Positions 10,389 through 21,095 are shown, counted from the first letter of the stretch. The stretch is DNA of 64,000 nt from Algoriphagus sp. (GCA_021298245.1 JAJTDZ010000011.1:17247-81246); one strand, 5' to 3'. Program-made: numbers and translations. The notes: a model not told the origin generated them from the letters alone.

Positions 10389-11490
10389 ATGACTTCAGAC
10401 CAACTGAAAGACTTGAAAGCCCGCACTTCGGCTTTGAGGAGGTACCTTTGACTACGATCGTAAGAAAGTAGAAATTCAAGACTTAGAGGCAGTGTCGGCC
10501 CAAGCAGACTTTTGGAGTAATCCTGAGGAAGCAGAAAAGACCATGAAGCAAATCCAGGCGAGAAAAGGATGGACGACTTCTTTTGAATCCTTGGATCAAA
10601 AAATACAAGATCTTGACGTGCTGTATGAATTTTTCTCAGCGGGAGAGGTATCTGAAGATGAAATTAAGGAAGACTACTCCAAAGCAAAAGAGGCCGTTGA
10701 AGAATTGGAATTGAAAAAAATGCTTTCGGCTGAAGAGGACCAACTCAATGCGGTGATAGAAATAAATCCAGGTGCAGGAGGTACAGAAAGCAACGATTGG
10801 GCGTCGATACTCATGCGCATGTACATCATGTGGGGCGAAAAAAATGGGTTTAAAGTAAGTGAAATTGACCTACAGCCCGGAGAAGTTGCAGGAATCAAAT
10901 CGGCAACCCTACTTTTTGAAGGACCTTTAGCCTATGGATTCTTAAAATCAGAAACAGGCGTTCATCGCTTGGTTCGAATCTCCCCATTTGATTCGGGAGG
11001 AAGAAGGCATACTTCTTTTGCTTCCGTGTATGCTTATCCCGAGGTAGACGATTCCATAGAAATAGAAATCAATCCTGCAGACGTGGAACTTCATACCTCT
11101 AGATCGGGAGGAGCGGGTGGACAAAACGTCAACAAAGTAGAAACCAAGGTGCAGCTAACCCATAAGCCTACCGGGATTGTAGTGGTTTGCCAGGTTGAGC
11201 GCTCTCAATTGGCCAACAGAGAAAAGGCCATGCAAATGCTTAAATCTAGATTGTACCAATTGGAGCTAGAAAAGAGAAATGCTGAAATCGCCAAGATTGA
11301 ATCTTCCAAGCTTCGGGTAGACTTTGGTTCACAAATCCGAAACTATGTGCTGCATCCCTACAAACTGGTCAAGGACAATAGAACAGGACATGAGACCTCC
11401 GATGCGCAAGGAGTATTGGATGGAGGCTTAAATGAATTCATGAAAGCTTATTTGCTCGCGCAAAGTGAGGAGGATGCCTCAAAAAATTAA
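10389..11490 (+). CDS. prfB: Peptide chain release factor 2, with programmed +1 frameshift
   Basis: SPF and GGQ motifs. Upstream frame ATG 10389 ([20 protein letters not shown]) ends at CTT TGA C (10446-10452); the +1 frame continues DYDRKK into the tracked 10492 ORF. Confidence 0.96.
10437..10452 (+). promoter_or_regulatory. RF2 programmed frameshift cassette AGGAGG-TAC-CTT-TGAC
   Basis: Internal SD-like AGGAGG 3 nt before the slippery CTT TGA C, the canonical prfB arrangement. Confidence 0.93.
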
Positions 11491-11497
11491 TTGAATC

Positions 11498-11528
11498 GCC
11501 GAAGAGATCTTCTTCGGCCTTTTATTTC
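11498..11528 (+). terminator. Probable intrinsic terminator after prfB
   Basis: GCCGAAGA-GATCT-TCTTCGGC hairpin followed by CTTTTATTT. Confidence 0.6.
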
Positions 11529-11542
11529 CCTATATTTCTTTC

Positions 11543-12721
11543 ATGAGGATTTTACCCACCTTTTTTACTCTTGATTTTTTCTTACTCTGCATGAGTAGCT
11601 TTTTATTTTTTTCAAGTTTCAACATGATCATTCCTGAACTCCCCTCTTACCTGAGTTCCTTGGGAGGAGAAGATTACAAAGGCCTAATTATTGCACTATT
11701 CACGCTATCAGCAGGTCTCTCTAGGCCTTTTAGTGGGAAGTTAGCAGATCAGTTAGGTAGAATTCCAGTGATGATGGTGGGAGCTAGTGTATGTTTTGTA
11801 GTGAGCCTACTCTATCCAGTGCTCAGCTTTGTGGGAGGATTTTTGTTTTTGAGATTTGCGCATGGTTTTTCCGCAGGATTCACCCCTACTGGAGCTTCGG
11901 CCTACGTGGCAGACATTGTTCCGTTTTATCAAAGAGGCGAAGCCATGGGATTGCAATCTCTGTTTGGATCTTTGGGTATGGCTGCAGGGCCAGCCATAGG
12001 TGGCTGGATTGCAAGTTATTGGCCCGTTGAAGTTTTGTTTTATTGTTCTTCATTCACCTCGATTTTTTCCATTTTAATTTTATTGAGGCTTAAAGAAACG
12101 CTTACAGAAAAAGCTGCATTTCAGTGGAAGATGTTTTCCCTTAAAAAAGAGGAATTGATTGAAAAAAGGGTTCTTTTGCCCTCAGGAATACTTTTTTTAT
12201 CTGTCTTTTCTTTTGGGGTTGTGCTTACCATCATTCCCGACCTTTCCACCCACTTGGGGATACAGAATAAAGGGCTCTTCTTTGCTGTTTTTACCTTGTC
12301 TTCCTTAGGAGTTCGTTTGATCGCAGGCAGAACCTCCGATCGTCTGGGTCGTGTAGTGGTGATGCGGGTTGCCAGCCTAGTCATGGTAGCAGCCATGCTG
12401 GCCATAGGATTTGCAACAAGTAAAAACATCTTGCTTGGCTCTGCAGTGCTATTTGGTGCAGCAGTTGGTATGTATAGCCCTACCACTACGGCATGGGTGG
12501 TGGACCGATCTCTCGATCAATTTAGAGGCCGAGCCTTGGCAACCATGTATATTTTTCTAGAAGTTGGTATAGGACTTGGAGCCATAGTAGCTGCATGGCT
12601 TTATGGAAATAACCCAGAAAACTTCCCACTTGTATTTTTCTTTGCTGCTGGTGTCGCAGCCCTTGGTTTTCTGATCTTAATAGGAACCAAAAGAGATCAA
12701 AAAATAAGGTATCCGATTTAA
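11543..12721 (+). CDS. MFS transporter
   Basis: About 12 TM helices; motif A GKLADQLGR and GRTSDRLGR. Confidence 0.88.
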   Translation: MRILPTFFTLDFFLLCMSSFLFFSSFNMIIPELPSYLSSLGGEDYKGLIIALFTLSAGLSRPFSGKLADQLGRIPVMMVGASVCFVVSLLYPVLSFVGGFLFLRFAHGFSAGFTPTGASAYVADIVPFYQRGEAMGLQSLFGSLGMAAGPAIGGWIASYWPVEVLFYCSSFTSIFSILILLRLKETLTEKAAFQWKMFSLKKEELIEKRVLLPSGILFLSVFSFGVVLTIIPDLSTHLGIQNKGLFFAVFTLSSLGVRLIAGRTSDRLGRVVVMRVASLVMVAAMLAIGFATSKNILLGSAVLFGAAVGMYSPTTTAWVVDRSLDQFRGRALATMYIFLEVGIGLGAIVAAWLYGNNPENFPLVFFFAAGVAALGFLILIGTKRDQKIRYPI

Positions 12722-14067
12722 TTTCCTAAATAATTGTTTGGCCTAGGAATGGGCATTATGGTGCGTTGCCTCCCATTAAAATAGCTTACTTGGCTTCCAT
12801 CAAAAAAGGCACCTTCTTCGAGCATTATGCGCACGTCCTTCTGCCATTCCTTGACATAAACCACCGCGTTTAATTCTATGGCATACCCCGTAGATGCATG
12901 GAGAGGAAAATCCCCTGCGCCGGGAGTATCCCCTTGGTTGTCCCACATGCCTATAGTAGGACCTGCTGCATGTCCATAATATCCCAAGGGATGCGTGTAA
13001 ATACTCCCCCTAATCCCTTCCTTTTGCATTTGTTCTCGAGCAGCTTTCAAAATTTGATTTCCTGTTCTTCCTACAACAAACTGGGAGGTAAGGATATCCT
13101 GAAGGCGATTTCCCACTTGAAAGGCCTCCTGCAAGTACTTGGGCACCTCTGATTCACCAGGCTTGAGCACATAGGCCAATTCCTGAGTATCTGTATTGAG
13201 TCTTAGATAGCTGATTCCAAAGTCAATATGAAGTAAATCACCTGGAAGAATAACTTGTTCGCTGGGACCTTGAGCAAATGACCGTGAGGCTTCTTGAGAG
13301 CTGGGATCTGGTCTTTGAATATCTACCGTGGGATGAAACCAGGTATCCAACTTCATTTCTTTTATTTTTTCTCTGTAAAACCAAACCACATCTTCTGTGG
13401 TGGTTACCCCTGGAGTAATGACCCGCTCAGACAAACCTTCTGAAATGATGTAATGAGCCAATTCCTGAATATGTTTGTAGCTGGCCATTTCAGCGGGTGT
13501 TCTTGTCTCTAGCCACCTAACCGCCAATGTCTGGGCCGAAACCAGCTTGTTGTGCTGATCTTTTGGTAAGTATTTTTTAAATTCTTCGTAATCAAAATGG
13601 GTCAATCCATCGGCATGCCCATAATCTTTGGAATAGTTGAGGCCAATTTTTTTGGGATTTAATTTTTGAATTAATTCCATCAGTGCCAACCATTGGTCAG
13701 GCTGTGCTTCTGGATTCCAGGCCTTTTTAAACGATTTTCCTACATCATAGCGTGCAATGGCATAGGTCTCTACCGCAGCCTCTGGATGGGCTTGGTACAT
13801 GACCAATATGGTTCGTCTTCGCGCTGCATGCCAAGTAGCAGGCAAAAGGGTCCGAATAACCGGATCTTCATTGTACTCCCGAGACATGACGATCCAACAA
13901 TCTATTCCCGTCTCCTTCATGAGTGCAGGCAGGAGATGTTGGATACGATCTTCTAGCCAGGCATCCACGACTTGCGCTTGATCTCGAGTAGAAAGGACAG
14001 CCGGTGCTTGGGCAAAGGCGAATTGGTAAAAAAGAACAAGGGAAAAGATAAATATGTATCGTTTCAT
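12718..14067 (-). CDS. Secreted M24-family (Xaa-Pro-like) metallopeptidase
   Basis: Signal peptide; GDLLHIDFG...NTD, THPLG..GH and a C-terminal E...EE set of pita-bread metal ligands. Confidence 0.8.
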   Translation of the reverse strand: MKRYIFIFSLVLFYQFAFAQAPAVLSTRDQAQVVDAWLEDRIQHLLPALMKETGIDCWIVMSREYNEDPVIRTLLPATWHAARRRTILVMYQAHPEAAVETYAIARYDVGKSFKKAWNPEAQPDQWLALMELIQKLNPKKIGLNYSKDYGHADGLTHFDYEEFKKYLPKDQHNKLVSAQTLAVRWLETRTPAEMASYKHIQELAHYIISEGLSERVITPGVTTTEDVVWFYREKIKEMKLDTWFHPTVDIQRPDPSSQEASRSFAQGPSEQVILPGDLLHIDFGISYLRLNTDTQELAYVLKPGESEVPKYLQEAFQVGNRLQDILTSQFVVGRTGNQILKAAREQMQKEGIRGSIYTHPLGYYGHAAGPTIGMWDNQGDTPGAGDFPLHASTGYAIELNAVVYVKEWQKDVRIMLEEGAFFDGSQVSYFNGRQRTIMPIPRPNNYLGN

Positions 14068-14143
14068 TTCTAGGAGTAGGTTTAATTCTAAGATACAAGT
14101 TACAGAGAAGATCCTCTTTGAAAAGTAAACTAAAGAAAATCTA

Positions 14144-15487
14144 CTATACCATCAGATCCTTTACCTTGGCTTTACTGAGTCGATGAAATCTATACAACAG
14201 AAGGACGGCAGTCACGCTCAAACCAATTACCAGACCTACCCAAATGCCTCGTTCGGCATATCCAAGAGGAAAGGCAATCAGGTATCCCAAAGGCAAACCC
14301 AATCCCCAATAGGCTACGAAAGTTATGAAGGTGGGAACTTTTACATCTTCTAAGCCCCTATGCACCCCTAAGCCAACCACTTGAATACCATCAGAAATTT
14401 GGAAAAAACCTGCAAGCACCAATAAAGACGCAGCCAAGGATATCACCTCTGGATCCTGGATGTACAAGGTGGGAAGAAAAAATCTACCTCCAAAAAATAC
14501 CAGTGCACAGCAAAACATAAAACAAATCACCATGCCAAATGCGACCATACCTGCTTCCCGCATTCCTTTATAATCTCCCATTCCAACAAAATAGCTCACC
14601 CGAATCATCCCCGCCGTTGCCAATCCCGTAGCCATCATGTAACTGATGGAGGCTAAATTCAAGGCAATCTGATGGCCTGCCAGCTCCTTGACACCGATCC
14701 AACCCATCATGATGGCTGCAGCGCTAAATGCAGACACCTCAAAAATAAACTGAAAGCCTGTAGGAATTCCAATTTTTAAAATTCTAGCGGCAAGGATTAG
14801 GCTTGGTTGGGTGAGTCTGAGGGTCAATTTATATACCTCAAATCGTTTGGCATACAGGACATATCCTCCCATCAAAATCATCATCACCACTCTAGAAAAT
14901 AGAGTGGCCCAGCCTGCTCCATTCAAGCCCAATGCTGGAAACCCCCAGATACCCCAAATCAGTAGCCAATTAAAAAACACATTGACCAAATTTGCAAAAA
15001 GGGTGATGACCATGGCTTGTTTGGTCATAGAGAGTCCCTCAGCCACTTGCTTAAAGGTTTGAAAAATCATCAAGGGAATCAAGGATGCAGTAATAATCAG
15101 CAAATAGGGTAAGGCCAACTCGGTCACTTCTTCGGGCTGATTCAGGACGGACATCCAGGGAGTAAAGCCAAGAACAAGTAAAAATAAAAGGATACTAGAA
15201 AGTACATTGATCCAAAAGCTATGACCAAACAAGCGGGTAATTCTACTTATTTTCTGCTTGCCAGCGGCCTTAGAAACCAAGGGAGTCACGCCCATAGATA
15301 TCCCTATGCCAAACATCATGGTTACAAAAAATATACTGTTGGCCAAAGAGGATGCAGCCAAGGGAAGCGCCCCCAACCTACCTACCATCATGGAATCGGC
15401 AATCCCTACAGAAACTTGCCCCAGCTGACTCAACATCACCGGATAAGCCAATAAAAAAGTTGCTTTGAGTTGATTCCGTATGGCCAT
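14144..15487 (-). CDS. MATE family efflux transporter (NorM-like)
   Basis: 12 TM; DSMMVGRLG, LNGAGWAT and FQISDG..V..G motifs. Confidence 0.88.
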   Translation of the reverse strand: MAIRNQLKATFLLAYPVMLSQLGQVSVGIADSMMVGRLGALPLAASSLANSIFFVTMMFGIGISMGVTPLVSKAAGKQKISRITRLFGHSFWINVLSSILLFLLVLGFTPWMSVLNQPEEVTELALPYLLIITASLIPLMIFQTFKQVAEGLSMTKQAMVITLFANLVNVFFNWLLIWGIWGFPALGLNGAGWATLFSRVVMMILMGGYVLYAKRFEVYKLTLRLTQPSLILAARILKIGIPTGFQFIFEVSAFSAAAIMMGWIGVKELAGHQIALNLASISYMMATGLATAGMIRVSYFVGMGDYKGMREAGMVAFGMVICFMFCCALVFFGGRFFLPTLYIQDPEVISLAASLLVLAGFFQISDGIQVVGLGVHRGLEDVKVPTFITFVAYWGLGLPLGYLIAFPLGYAERGIWVGLVIGLSVTAVLLLYRFHRLSKAKVKDLMV

Positions 15488-15491
15488 AAAA

Positions 15492-16037
15492 TCAAAGCCC
15501 TAATTTTCTAGCTACCAATAAAATACCAATTACACTCAAGGAATCTGTGATTTTTCCAGAAATAACCCATTCTAATGCCTCTGTAAATGGGATTTTAAGA
15601 ATACTAATGTCCTCGGTGTCCTCAAATTCAGGTTCTCCCATATCCAAATCTTCTGCTAAAAAAATATATCCCTTTTCGTCCGTGACCGAATTGGAGGTAT
15701 GTATTTCTTGAAGCAGTGTCCAGGAAGAAGCTTTTAACCCCGTTTCTTCTTTAAGTTCTCTCTGTGCTGAATCCAGGACATCACTGCCCAAAGGGCCCCC
15801 ACCCATGGGAATCTCCCAAGAATACGTGTCGAGCGTGTAGCGGTATTGCCCCACCAACCAGGTATTGCCCTCCTTGTCTATGGGAACAATAGCGATGGCC
15901 TTATTCTTGAAATGAGCTTTTCCATATATCCCTTCCTTACCTGAAGGGTTAATCACCTCATGATGCTCCACGCGAATCCAGGGATTTTCATAGACCGGTG
16001 TAATCTTTTTTGTTTTCCAAGGGTTTTCCATGATCAA
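15492..16037 (-). CDS. NUDIX hydrolase (ADP-ribose pyrophosphatase-like)
   Basis: Nudix box ...AQRELKEETG; QYRY...WEIP. Confidence 0.85.
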   Translation of the reverse strand: MIMENPWKTKKITPVYENPWIRVEHHEVINPSGKEGIYGKAHFKNKAIAIVPIDKEGNTWLVGQYRYTLDTYSWEIPMGGGPLGSDVLDSAQRELKEETGLKASSWTLLQEIHTSNSVTDEKGYIFLAEDLDMGEPEFEDTEDISILKIPFTEALEWVISGKITDSLSVIGILLVARKLGL

Positions 16038-16044
16038 TTATTCA

Positions 16045-16073
16045 AAAAAAAAGGTGGCTTAGCCACCCTTCTT
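16045..16073 (-). terminator. Probable intrinsic terminator after the Lrp gene
   Basis: GGTGGC-TTA-GCCACC hairpin next to an A8 run (U-tract on the minus strand). Confidence 0.55.
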
Positions 16074-16089
16074 ATGTGTATTTACCAAA

Positions 16090-16572
16090 CTACGCAGGAA
16101 TCGGAAGAACTTTTGAATCCTTAAAAGTAGATAATATGACCATGGACTGCATGGAATCCACCTCTTTAATCTCAGAAACCTTTTCCAACATCAATTTTTG
16201 GTAGGCCGTAATGTCTTTGGCAATAATCTTTAAAATAAAATCACCAGTACCCGTTATATGATGGCATTCAATTACCTCAGGGATCAAGTTAATTTCCTTC
16301 ATGAAGGCATCAATATTACCTTTATTGTGTCCAATGAGGCTTACCAATACAAAAGTGCTTACTCCCAAACCAATTTTTTCAGGGTCAAGCTTGGCATGGT
16401 AGCTTTTGATAATACCAGATTGCTCCAATTTTTTAACTCGCTCCAGGGTAGGCGCAGGAGAAAGACCTATATCCTTAGAAAGCTGGGCATTGGTAATCTT
16501 TGCATTGCCTTGAAGGATTTCAAGGATGCTTCGGTCTATCTTGTCAAATTTAATTCGAATGCTGCTATCCAT
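16090..16572 (-). CDS. Lrp/AsnC family transcriptional regulator
   Basis: N-terminal HTH (DKIDRSILEILQ...RVKKLEQSGII) and RAM domain (ECHHITG..DF). Confidence 0.92.
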   Translation of the reverse strand: MDSSIRIKFDKIDRSILEILQGNAKITNAQLSKDIGLSPAPTLERVKKLEQSGIIKSYHAKLDPEKIGLGVSTFVLVSLIGHNKGNIDAFMKEINLIPEVIECHHITGTGDFILKIIAKDITAYQKLMLEKVSEIKEVDSMQSMVILSTFKDSKVLPIPA

Positions 16573-16779
16573 TTTTGTTCGATTTACGAAATTTTATAGG
16601 GTGCAAAATTACAAAATTTGCTTAAAATTCTATATTTCGAGAAAGGAAATTTACCACTTATCCAAAATTTTGTAGAAGTGAATAGGTATTTCAACAAATA
16701 ATCCATTTAATTTTTGATTTAGAGTCAGAGTCTATCAAATTATCTCCTGTGTAGAGCCAGAATTCTCCCATCCAGCGAC

Positions 16780-17994
16780 TCAAAGTTTATTTTTCTTTAT
16801 AAACGCCCTCGCTTCTTCATGGGCAGGATGCTTGCGGTTAGCATACTTTTTTAAGGCATTGAAATATATTTTAGCCTGTGCTTTGTTTTTTTCAGCTGTA
16901 GCAATTTTACCTAGGGCGAGTAAAGAATATAAGTAATATCCACTTTCCTGAGATTCGGATTCTTCACCAAATGTGACTGTTCTTGCATAATATCTTTTTG
17001 CTTCTGCAGAATTGCCAATTCTATTGAAATATTCCCCTAAATAAAATCCTGCATAGCGACCACTTGTCGCTTCGTAACCAAATTGTTTTTTATCAATACG
17101 ATCTAAGATTTCTAAAGAGACCTCCATGGCTGTGGTCCACTTGCCAACGGTATACAGATAACGAGCATAGGATCTATGGAAATAGGGATTGTTAGGGAAT
17201 TTCTCATGCAAGTATTCTGCTATTCGCAAGGCATCTTGCGGTCTTTTTTCCTCTGAACCGTAAAGTCTAAAAAGAAAGTTTTGCGCCTCTACTCGGGTAT
17301 AAAATGCATTGGAAGCTACAGTTTCCAATTGAGTTAGTCCCAATTTTTTATTTCCCTTGGGAAAAAAAGCCAAAATGGGTTTGAGTAAGGGGTAATTTTC
17401 TGGGATCCAGACGGCGAAATAGTTAAATAAGGCATCCCCTAATAATAACTCTGGATTAAACTCTGCTTCCCCCCTACTCATTTCCATATAACTCAAAGCA
17501 TTTTTTCCGGCAAATGTGGCCTTAGTCCAATTTTTCCTTTCGCTATACAACCTTCCTTGAAAACCATACCCTGCTGCTAAGAAAAATGCAGCTTCCTTAT
17601 TTTTAGGATTCTCATTCAGCATCTTTTTGGCCTTGGAATTGGCCCGATCCAGGTATTGAATAAAAATATTATCGTAGCGCGTGTTGGTGATATCTACTTC
17701 AATTCTCCACCAGTATCCTAGTGCCATTAAAAAGTCTGGGAGGGGATGCTCGGGATACTGGTACATGATGACCGAAAAATCTCGTTCCGCTGTCGCAAAA
17801 TCGAAATTGTACATGCTGTTGATGGATTTGGTAATTCGGTACTGTAACCCTCTGTCCAAGAGTAAATAAGGAGAAGTAGGAGTACCCGTAGTCTGTGCTG
17901 ATAGCCCTGTTGCCAAGGATAGCATACCACTGGTGGTGATAAAAAAAACAGCCCATTTCAAGCCCTTACGCATGGTCAATCTTCCGTTTGTCAA
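16780..17994 (-). CDS. Exported TPR-repeat protein
   Basis: Signal peptide followed by multiple TPR-like helical repeats. The true start may be slightly downstream (MRKG). Confidence 0.7.
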   Translation of the reverse strand: MTNGRLTMRKGLKWAVFFITTSGMLSLATGLSAQTTGTPTSPYLLLDRGLQYRITKSINSMYNFDFATAERDFSVIMYQYPEHPLPDFLMALGYWWRIEVDITNTRYDNIFIQYLDRANSKAKKMLNENPKNKEAAFFLAAGYGFQGRLYSERKNWTKATFAGKNALSYMEMSRGEAEFNPELLLGDALFNYFAVWIPENYPLLKPILAFFPKGNKKLGLTQLETVASNAFYTRVEAQNFLFRLYGSEEKRPQDALRIAEYLHEKFPNNPYFHRSYARYLYTVGKWTTAMEVSLEILDRIDKKQFGYEATSGRYAGFYLGEYFNRIGNSAEAKRYYARTVTFGEESESQESGYYLYSLLALGKIATAEKNKAQAKIYFNALKKYANRKHPAHEEARAFIKKNKL

Positions 17995-18051
17995 GCAAAT
18001 CTACGGTGAAATGAAAACAAAGTTTTAGCTTTAGGTGTAGAAAAAACAAAA

Positions 18052-18699
18052 ATGGCAAAAGTCCATACCCCCTTGGCCCAAAAGATAGAAGAAATTCTAG
18101 AATTCGATAAAAGGCTTTTTTTTCTGGTTATCGTACTCATTTTCATCTGCATCCGGTACTTGACCAATACCTTGATCTTAGAAGCTATTCCAGATGGTCA
18201 ACGATTGGATGCTCAAGGCGACCTTATTTTCTTTCATATTTTCAATACCTTAAATTACTTGTGGACTCCTTTTGCTTTGCTTTGGAAGTGTACCGTGATC
18301 GCATTTCTGTTTTGGTCCATTGGTTTGGCGGTTGGTTTTAAGGTCAGGTACAAACCCCTTTGGCAATTCGCCTTGGTTGCTGAGGCCATATTTATTTTAC
18401 CAGAATTGATACGCTTTCTAGTTTTTCTCCGTCCATCGCCTTCTACCACTTATTTAGAAATTCAGAATTTCGAACCCTTATCAGCTTTATGGCTTTTAGG
18501 AGCCGATCAAATGAACCTTCGGTATCACTATGCCTTATCCCATCTCAATACGTTCGAAGTATTGTACATGGCTGCTTGGGTTCTTGGATTTCATACCCTA
18601 AGTAAAAGAAGTATCCGAGAATCTATCCTAGTAGTTCTTCTAGCTTATGGGATTCCTTTTCTACTTTGGTTAGGTTTTTACATCGCTGCGTATCGCTAA
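18052..18699 (+). CDS. Conserved hypothetical membrane protein
   Basis: 215 aa with about 5 hydrophobic helices; no catalytic motif recognised. Confidence 0.65.
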   Translation: MAKVHTPLAQKIEEILEFDKRLFFLVIVLIFICIRYLTNTLILEAIPDGQRLDAQGDLIFFHIFNTLNYLWTPFALLWKCTVIAFLFWSIGLAVGFKVRYKPLWQFALVAEAIFILPELIRFLVFLRPSPSTTYLEIQNFEPLSALWLLGADQMNLRYHYALSHLNTFEVLYMAAWVLGFHTLSKRSIRESILVVLLAYGIPFLLWLGFYIAAYR

Positions 18700-18943
18700 G
18701 CTTTGTTTTTTTTCTTTGACTCCCCTCTACAGCGCTCGGAGCAATAGCGAACCTCTTCCCAATTTTTTTCCCATTTCTTCCTCCACGAAAATGGCCTTTG
18801 ACAGTGGATACAAATTTTAGAGGGCAGGTGTTGTTTTTTCATGAATAGAAAATGGCTACAACATAAATTTGGAAAGCATCTTTTGAAATTTAAACCTTTC
18901 AGCCTGCTTCAAAGTTTGAAAATTATGAGGGAAATCAAGGAAA

Positions 18944-19165
18944 GATCGCACGCCCTTTGATGCCATTTACTGTCAATTTGGTATTACAGAGTCTCAGACC
19001 ATCGACCTTATGCGTAGAAATATGAAAGCAAGTTCATTCCGGATGTGGAGGGAGCGAATGCAAGGCCGTGCAACGAAACATCGCAAAAAAAGTCCCGAGG
19101 GGGTAGTGACCTTCAAATCTGATTCACAGAGAACAATTTCTCAAAATAAAATTAGTAAACGATAA
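18944..19165 (+). pseudogene. 5'-truncated TIGR03643/DUF2805-like gene relic
   Basis: Frame reads DRTPFDAIYCQFGITESQTIDLMRRNMKASSFRMWRERMQGRATKHRKK...NKISKR*, matching the family pattern as recalled. In-frame TGA at 18926 and no start codon before the conserved DRTPF. Confidence 0.7.
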
Positions 19166-19216
19166 TTCTTTCAGCTCTTCTAGTGACTTAATTTAGGTAC
19201 TATATGGCTTGCGATA

Positions 19217-20101
19217 TTAATTTTTTTTACTCCAAGGATACGTAATTTGCTGCCAAAGGGTCTTGGGAAATATCTCTACCTGATCAAATCCCAAGGGCTC
19301 GTGTTCATTTTGATTCGGCAGGTAAGCCGTTCCAAAGAGGTAATCCCAAAGGCTTAGGGAAATACCAAAGTTGACTCCTTTACTACCTTCGGGAACTTGT
19401 TTGGCATGGTGCCACAAATGCATTACTGGATTATTGAACAGATACTTCAGCGGACCATAGGTAAGCTTCAGGTTGGCATGATTGAGATGACCAATCAAGA
19501 TCGTTACCATGTGCAGCACAAAAAAATCTGATAAGCCAAACCCAATCATCGCTAAGGGAATGTACTGAACAGCTTTATAAATGACCGTTTCCATCCAATG
19601 AAATCGTAAATGGGCTGCAAAACCCATTTCCTCCACCGAATGATGTACCTTATGAAATTCCCAAAGCCAAGGGTTAAAATGAAGCCATCGGTGCACGTTC
19701 CATTGAATAAAATCGGCCAATACAAACATGAACACGAATTGAATCCAAATCGGCCAAGATGATACCTCAAGGGCAACTAAATTTTCTACTCCTATCCATC
19801 TTAAAAAATCACTAAAGGCCTCTACAGCTACATTGGAAATTGCATTGTATCCAATCAGAGAAAAAAGGAAAAAATTGAAAAACATGTAAAAGGCATCCAA
19901 CCAAAAATCTTTTCGAAATGCTGCCTGATCTTTTCGCCAAGGAAATAAGAGTTCCAATGCCCAAACAAATAAAGATATCCCTAAAAGCCACCAAAAATAA
20001 TTGTGCCAAGAAGGGTATAGAATTTCTGAAAGGAGGTAATTCCAATACCCCTGATACCCCTCTCCCAAAATGCGTATGTATTCCTGCATAGTGTACGTCA
20101 A
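19217..20101 (-). CDS. Sterol desaturase / fatty acid hydroxylase family protein
   Basis: His boxes HRWLH, HKVHH, HxN and HLWHH; overlaps the stop of the TauE gene. Confidence 0.88.
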   Translation of the reverse strand: MTYTMQEYIRILGEGYQGYWNYLLSEILYPSWHNYFWWLLGISLFVWALELLFPWRKDQAAFRKDFWLDAFYMFFNFFLFSLIGYNAISNVAVEAFSDFLRWIGVENLVALEVSSWPIWIQFVFMFVLADFIQWNVHRWLHFNPWLWEFHKVHHSVEEMGFAAHLRFHWMETVIYKAVQYIPLAMIGFGLSDFFVLHMVTILIGHLNHANLKLTYGPLKYLFNNPVMHLWHHAKQVPEGSKGVNFGISLSLWDYLFGTAYLPNQNEHEPLGFDQVEIFPKTLWQQITYPWSKKN

Positions 20102-20904
20102 ACAGCACTCAACTCCAAGGCAATTATACTAATTCCCATAAGTAACACAAACCAACCAAAGGCTGTTTTTAGAATTTTTTCGTCTATCCTTTTTGACAGG
20201 CTACTTCCAATAAAAATACCTAGAATAGAGATAAGGGTAAATAGCAATAAAAATGGCCAATCAATCTTCTGGTTGGAAAGATCTCCTAAAAATCCAATCA
20301 GAGATTTTGCTGCAATAATTACCAAAGAGGTACCTACCGCCATTTTCATGGGCAATTTTGCCAATATCACTAAAGCCGGTATTATCAAAAATCCTCCTCC
20401 GGCGCCCACAATTCCTGTTATCAATCCCACCAAAACGCCTTCTCCGGCAATCAATGGAAAGTTAAATTGAGGTTTCCCTGCCTCCCCCTCATTTCTAGGT
20501 TTTGGATTTCGGATCATAGCTACCGAAGCGGCCAACATGATACAGGCAAAAAATACCATAATTCCCAAATTTTTCGTTACCGCAAAATCCCCTAATTGCA
20601 CCAGTGGATCAGGTAGGGAGGGAACCAAAAATTTACGGGTTAGGAATACTGCCGTAAAAGAAGGTATAGAAAAAACAAGTGCAGCTTTGTAGTCGACTAA
20701 TTTTTTATTCAAATAAGAAATTGCTCCAACTAGGGAGGTACTGCCTACAACAAATAAGGAATAGGCAGTAGCTAAAATTGGATCTATGCCCAAAATATAC
20801 ACCAATACAGGCAATGTCAAGGTAGATCCCCCTCCACCAAGGAGACCTAAGGTAATTCCAATAAAAAGGGCTGCTGAAAATCCTAAAATTAGGTGAAGTT
20901 CCAT
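20098..20904 (-). CDS. Sulfite exporter TauE/SafE family protein
   Basis: Two repeats, GLLGGGG and GIVGAGGGF; about 8 TM helices. Confidence 0.88.
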   Translation of the reverse strand: MELHLILGFSAALFIGITLGLLGGGGSTLTLPVLVYILGIDPILATAYSLFVVGSTSLVGAISYLNKKLVDYKAALVFSIPSFTAVFLTRKFLVPSLPDPLVQLGDFAVTKNLGIMVFFACIMLAASVAMIRNPKPRNEGEAGKPQFNFPLIAGEGVLVGLITGIVGAGGGFLIIPALVILAKLPMKMAVGTSLVIIAAKSLIGFLGDLSNQKIDWPFLLLFTLISILGIFIGSSLSKRIDEKILKTAFGWFVLLMGISIIALELSAV

Positions 20905-20959
20905 GCACTAATACCTAGTAATTATAAATACAAAATTAGATTCTTTTGGTACTCTTTGC

Positions 20960-20975
20960 TGTGACAAAAGTTACT
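20960..20975. promoter_or_regulatory. Putative Crp/Fnr-family binding site TGTGA-CAAAAG-TTACT
   Basis: CRP-like TGTGA-N6-TCACA pattern (core GTGAC-N4-GTTAC). Lies between divergent tauE and usp, about 20 bp from a minus-strand TAATTTTG (-7) element at 20931-20938. Confidence 0.55.
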
Positions 20976-21095
20976 TCTGCAGATAGGAAACCAAGCCAAA
21001 AAAGTGGCGATTTCAAAATTTAAAATAAATGTACATGTAAGCGCAACAAATCCTTTCAAATTGGAGTAAAAATCAATGAACATTTTTTAATCCAT

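Noticed and set aside
10492-11490. GTG 10492 as the prfB start, or prfB as a pseudogene
   Set aside because: A canonical programmed frameshift joins it to the ATG 10389 frame.
19040-19115. Possible structured RNA or dispersed repeat (GAGCGAATGCAAGGCCGTGCAACG...)
   Set aside because: Better explained as coding sequence of the truncated TIGR03643-like gene.
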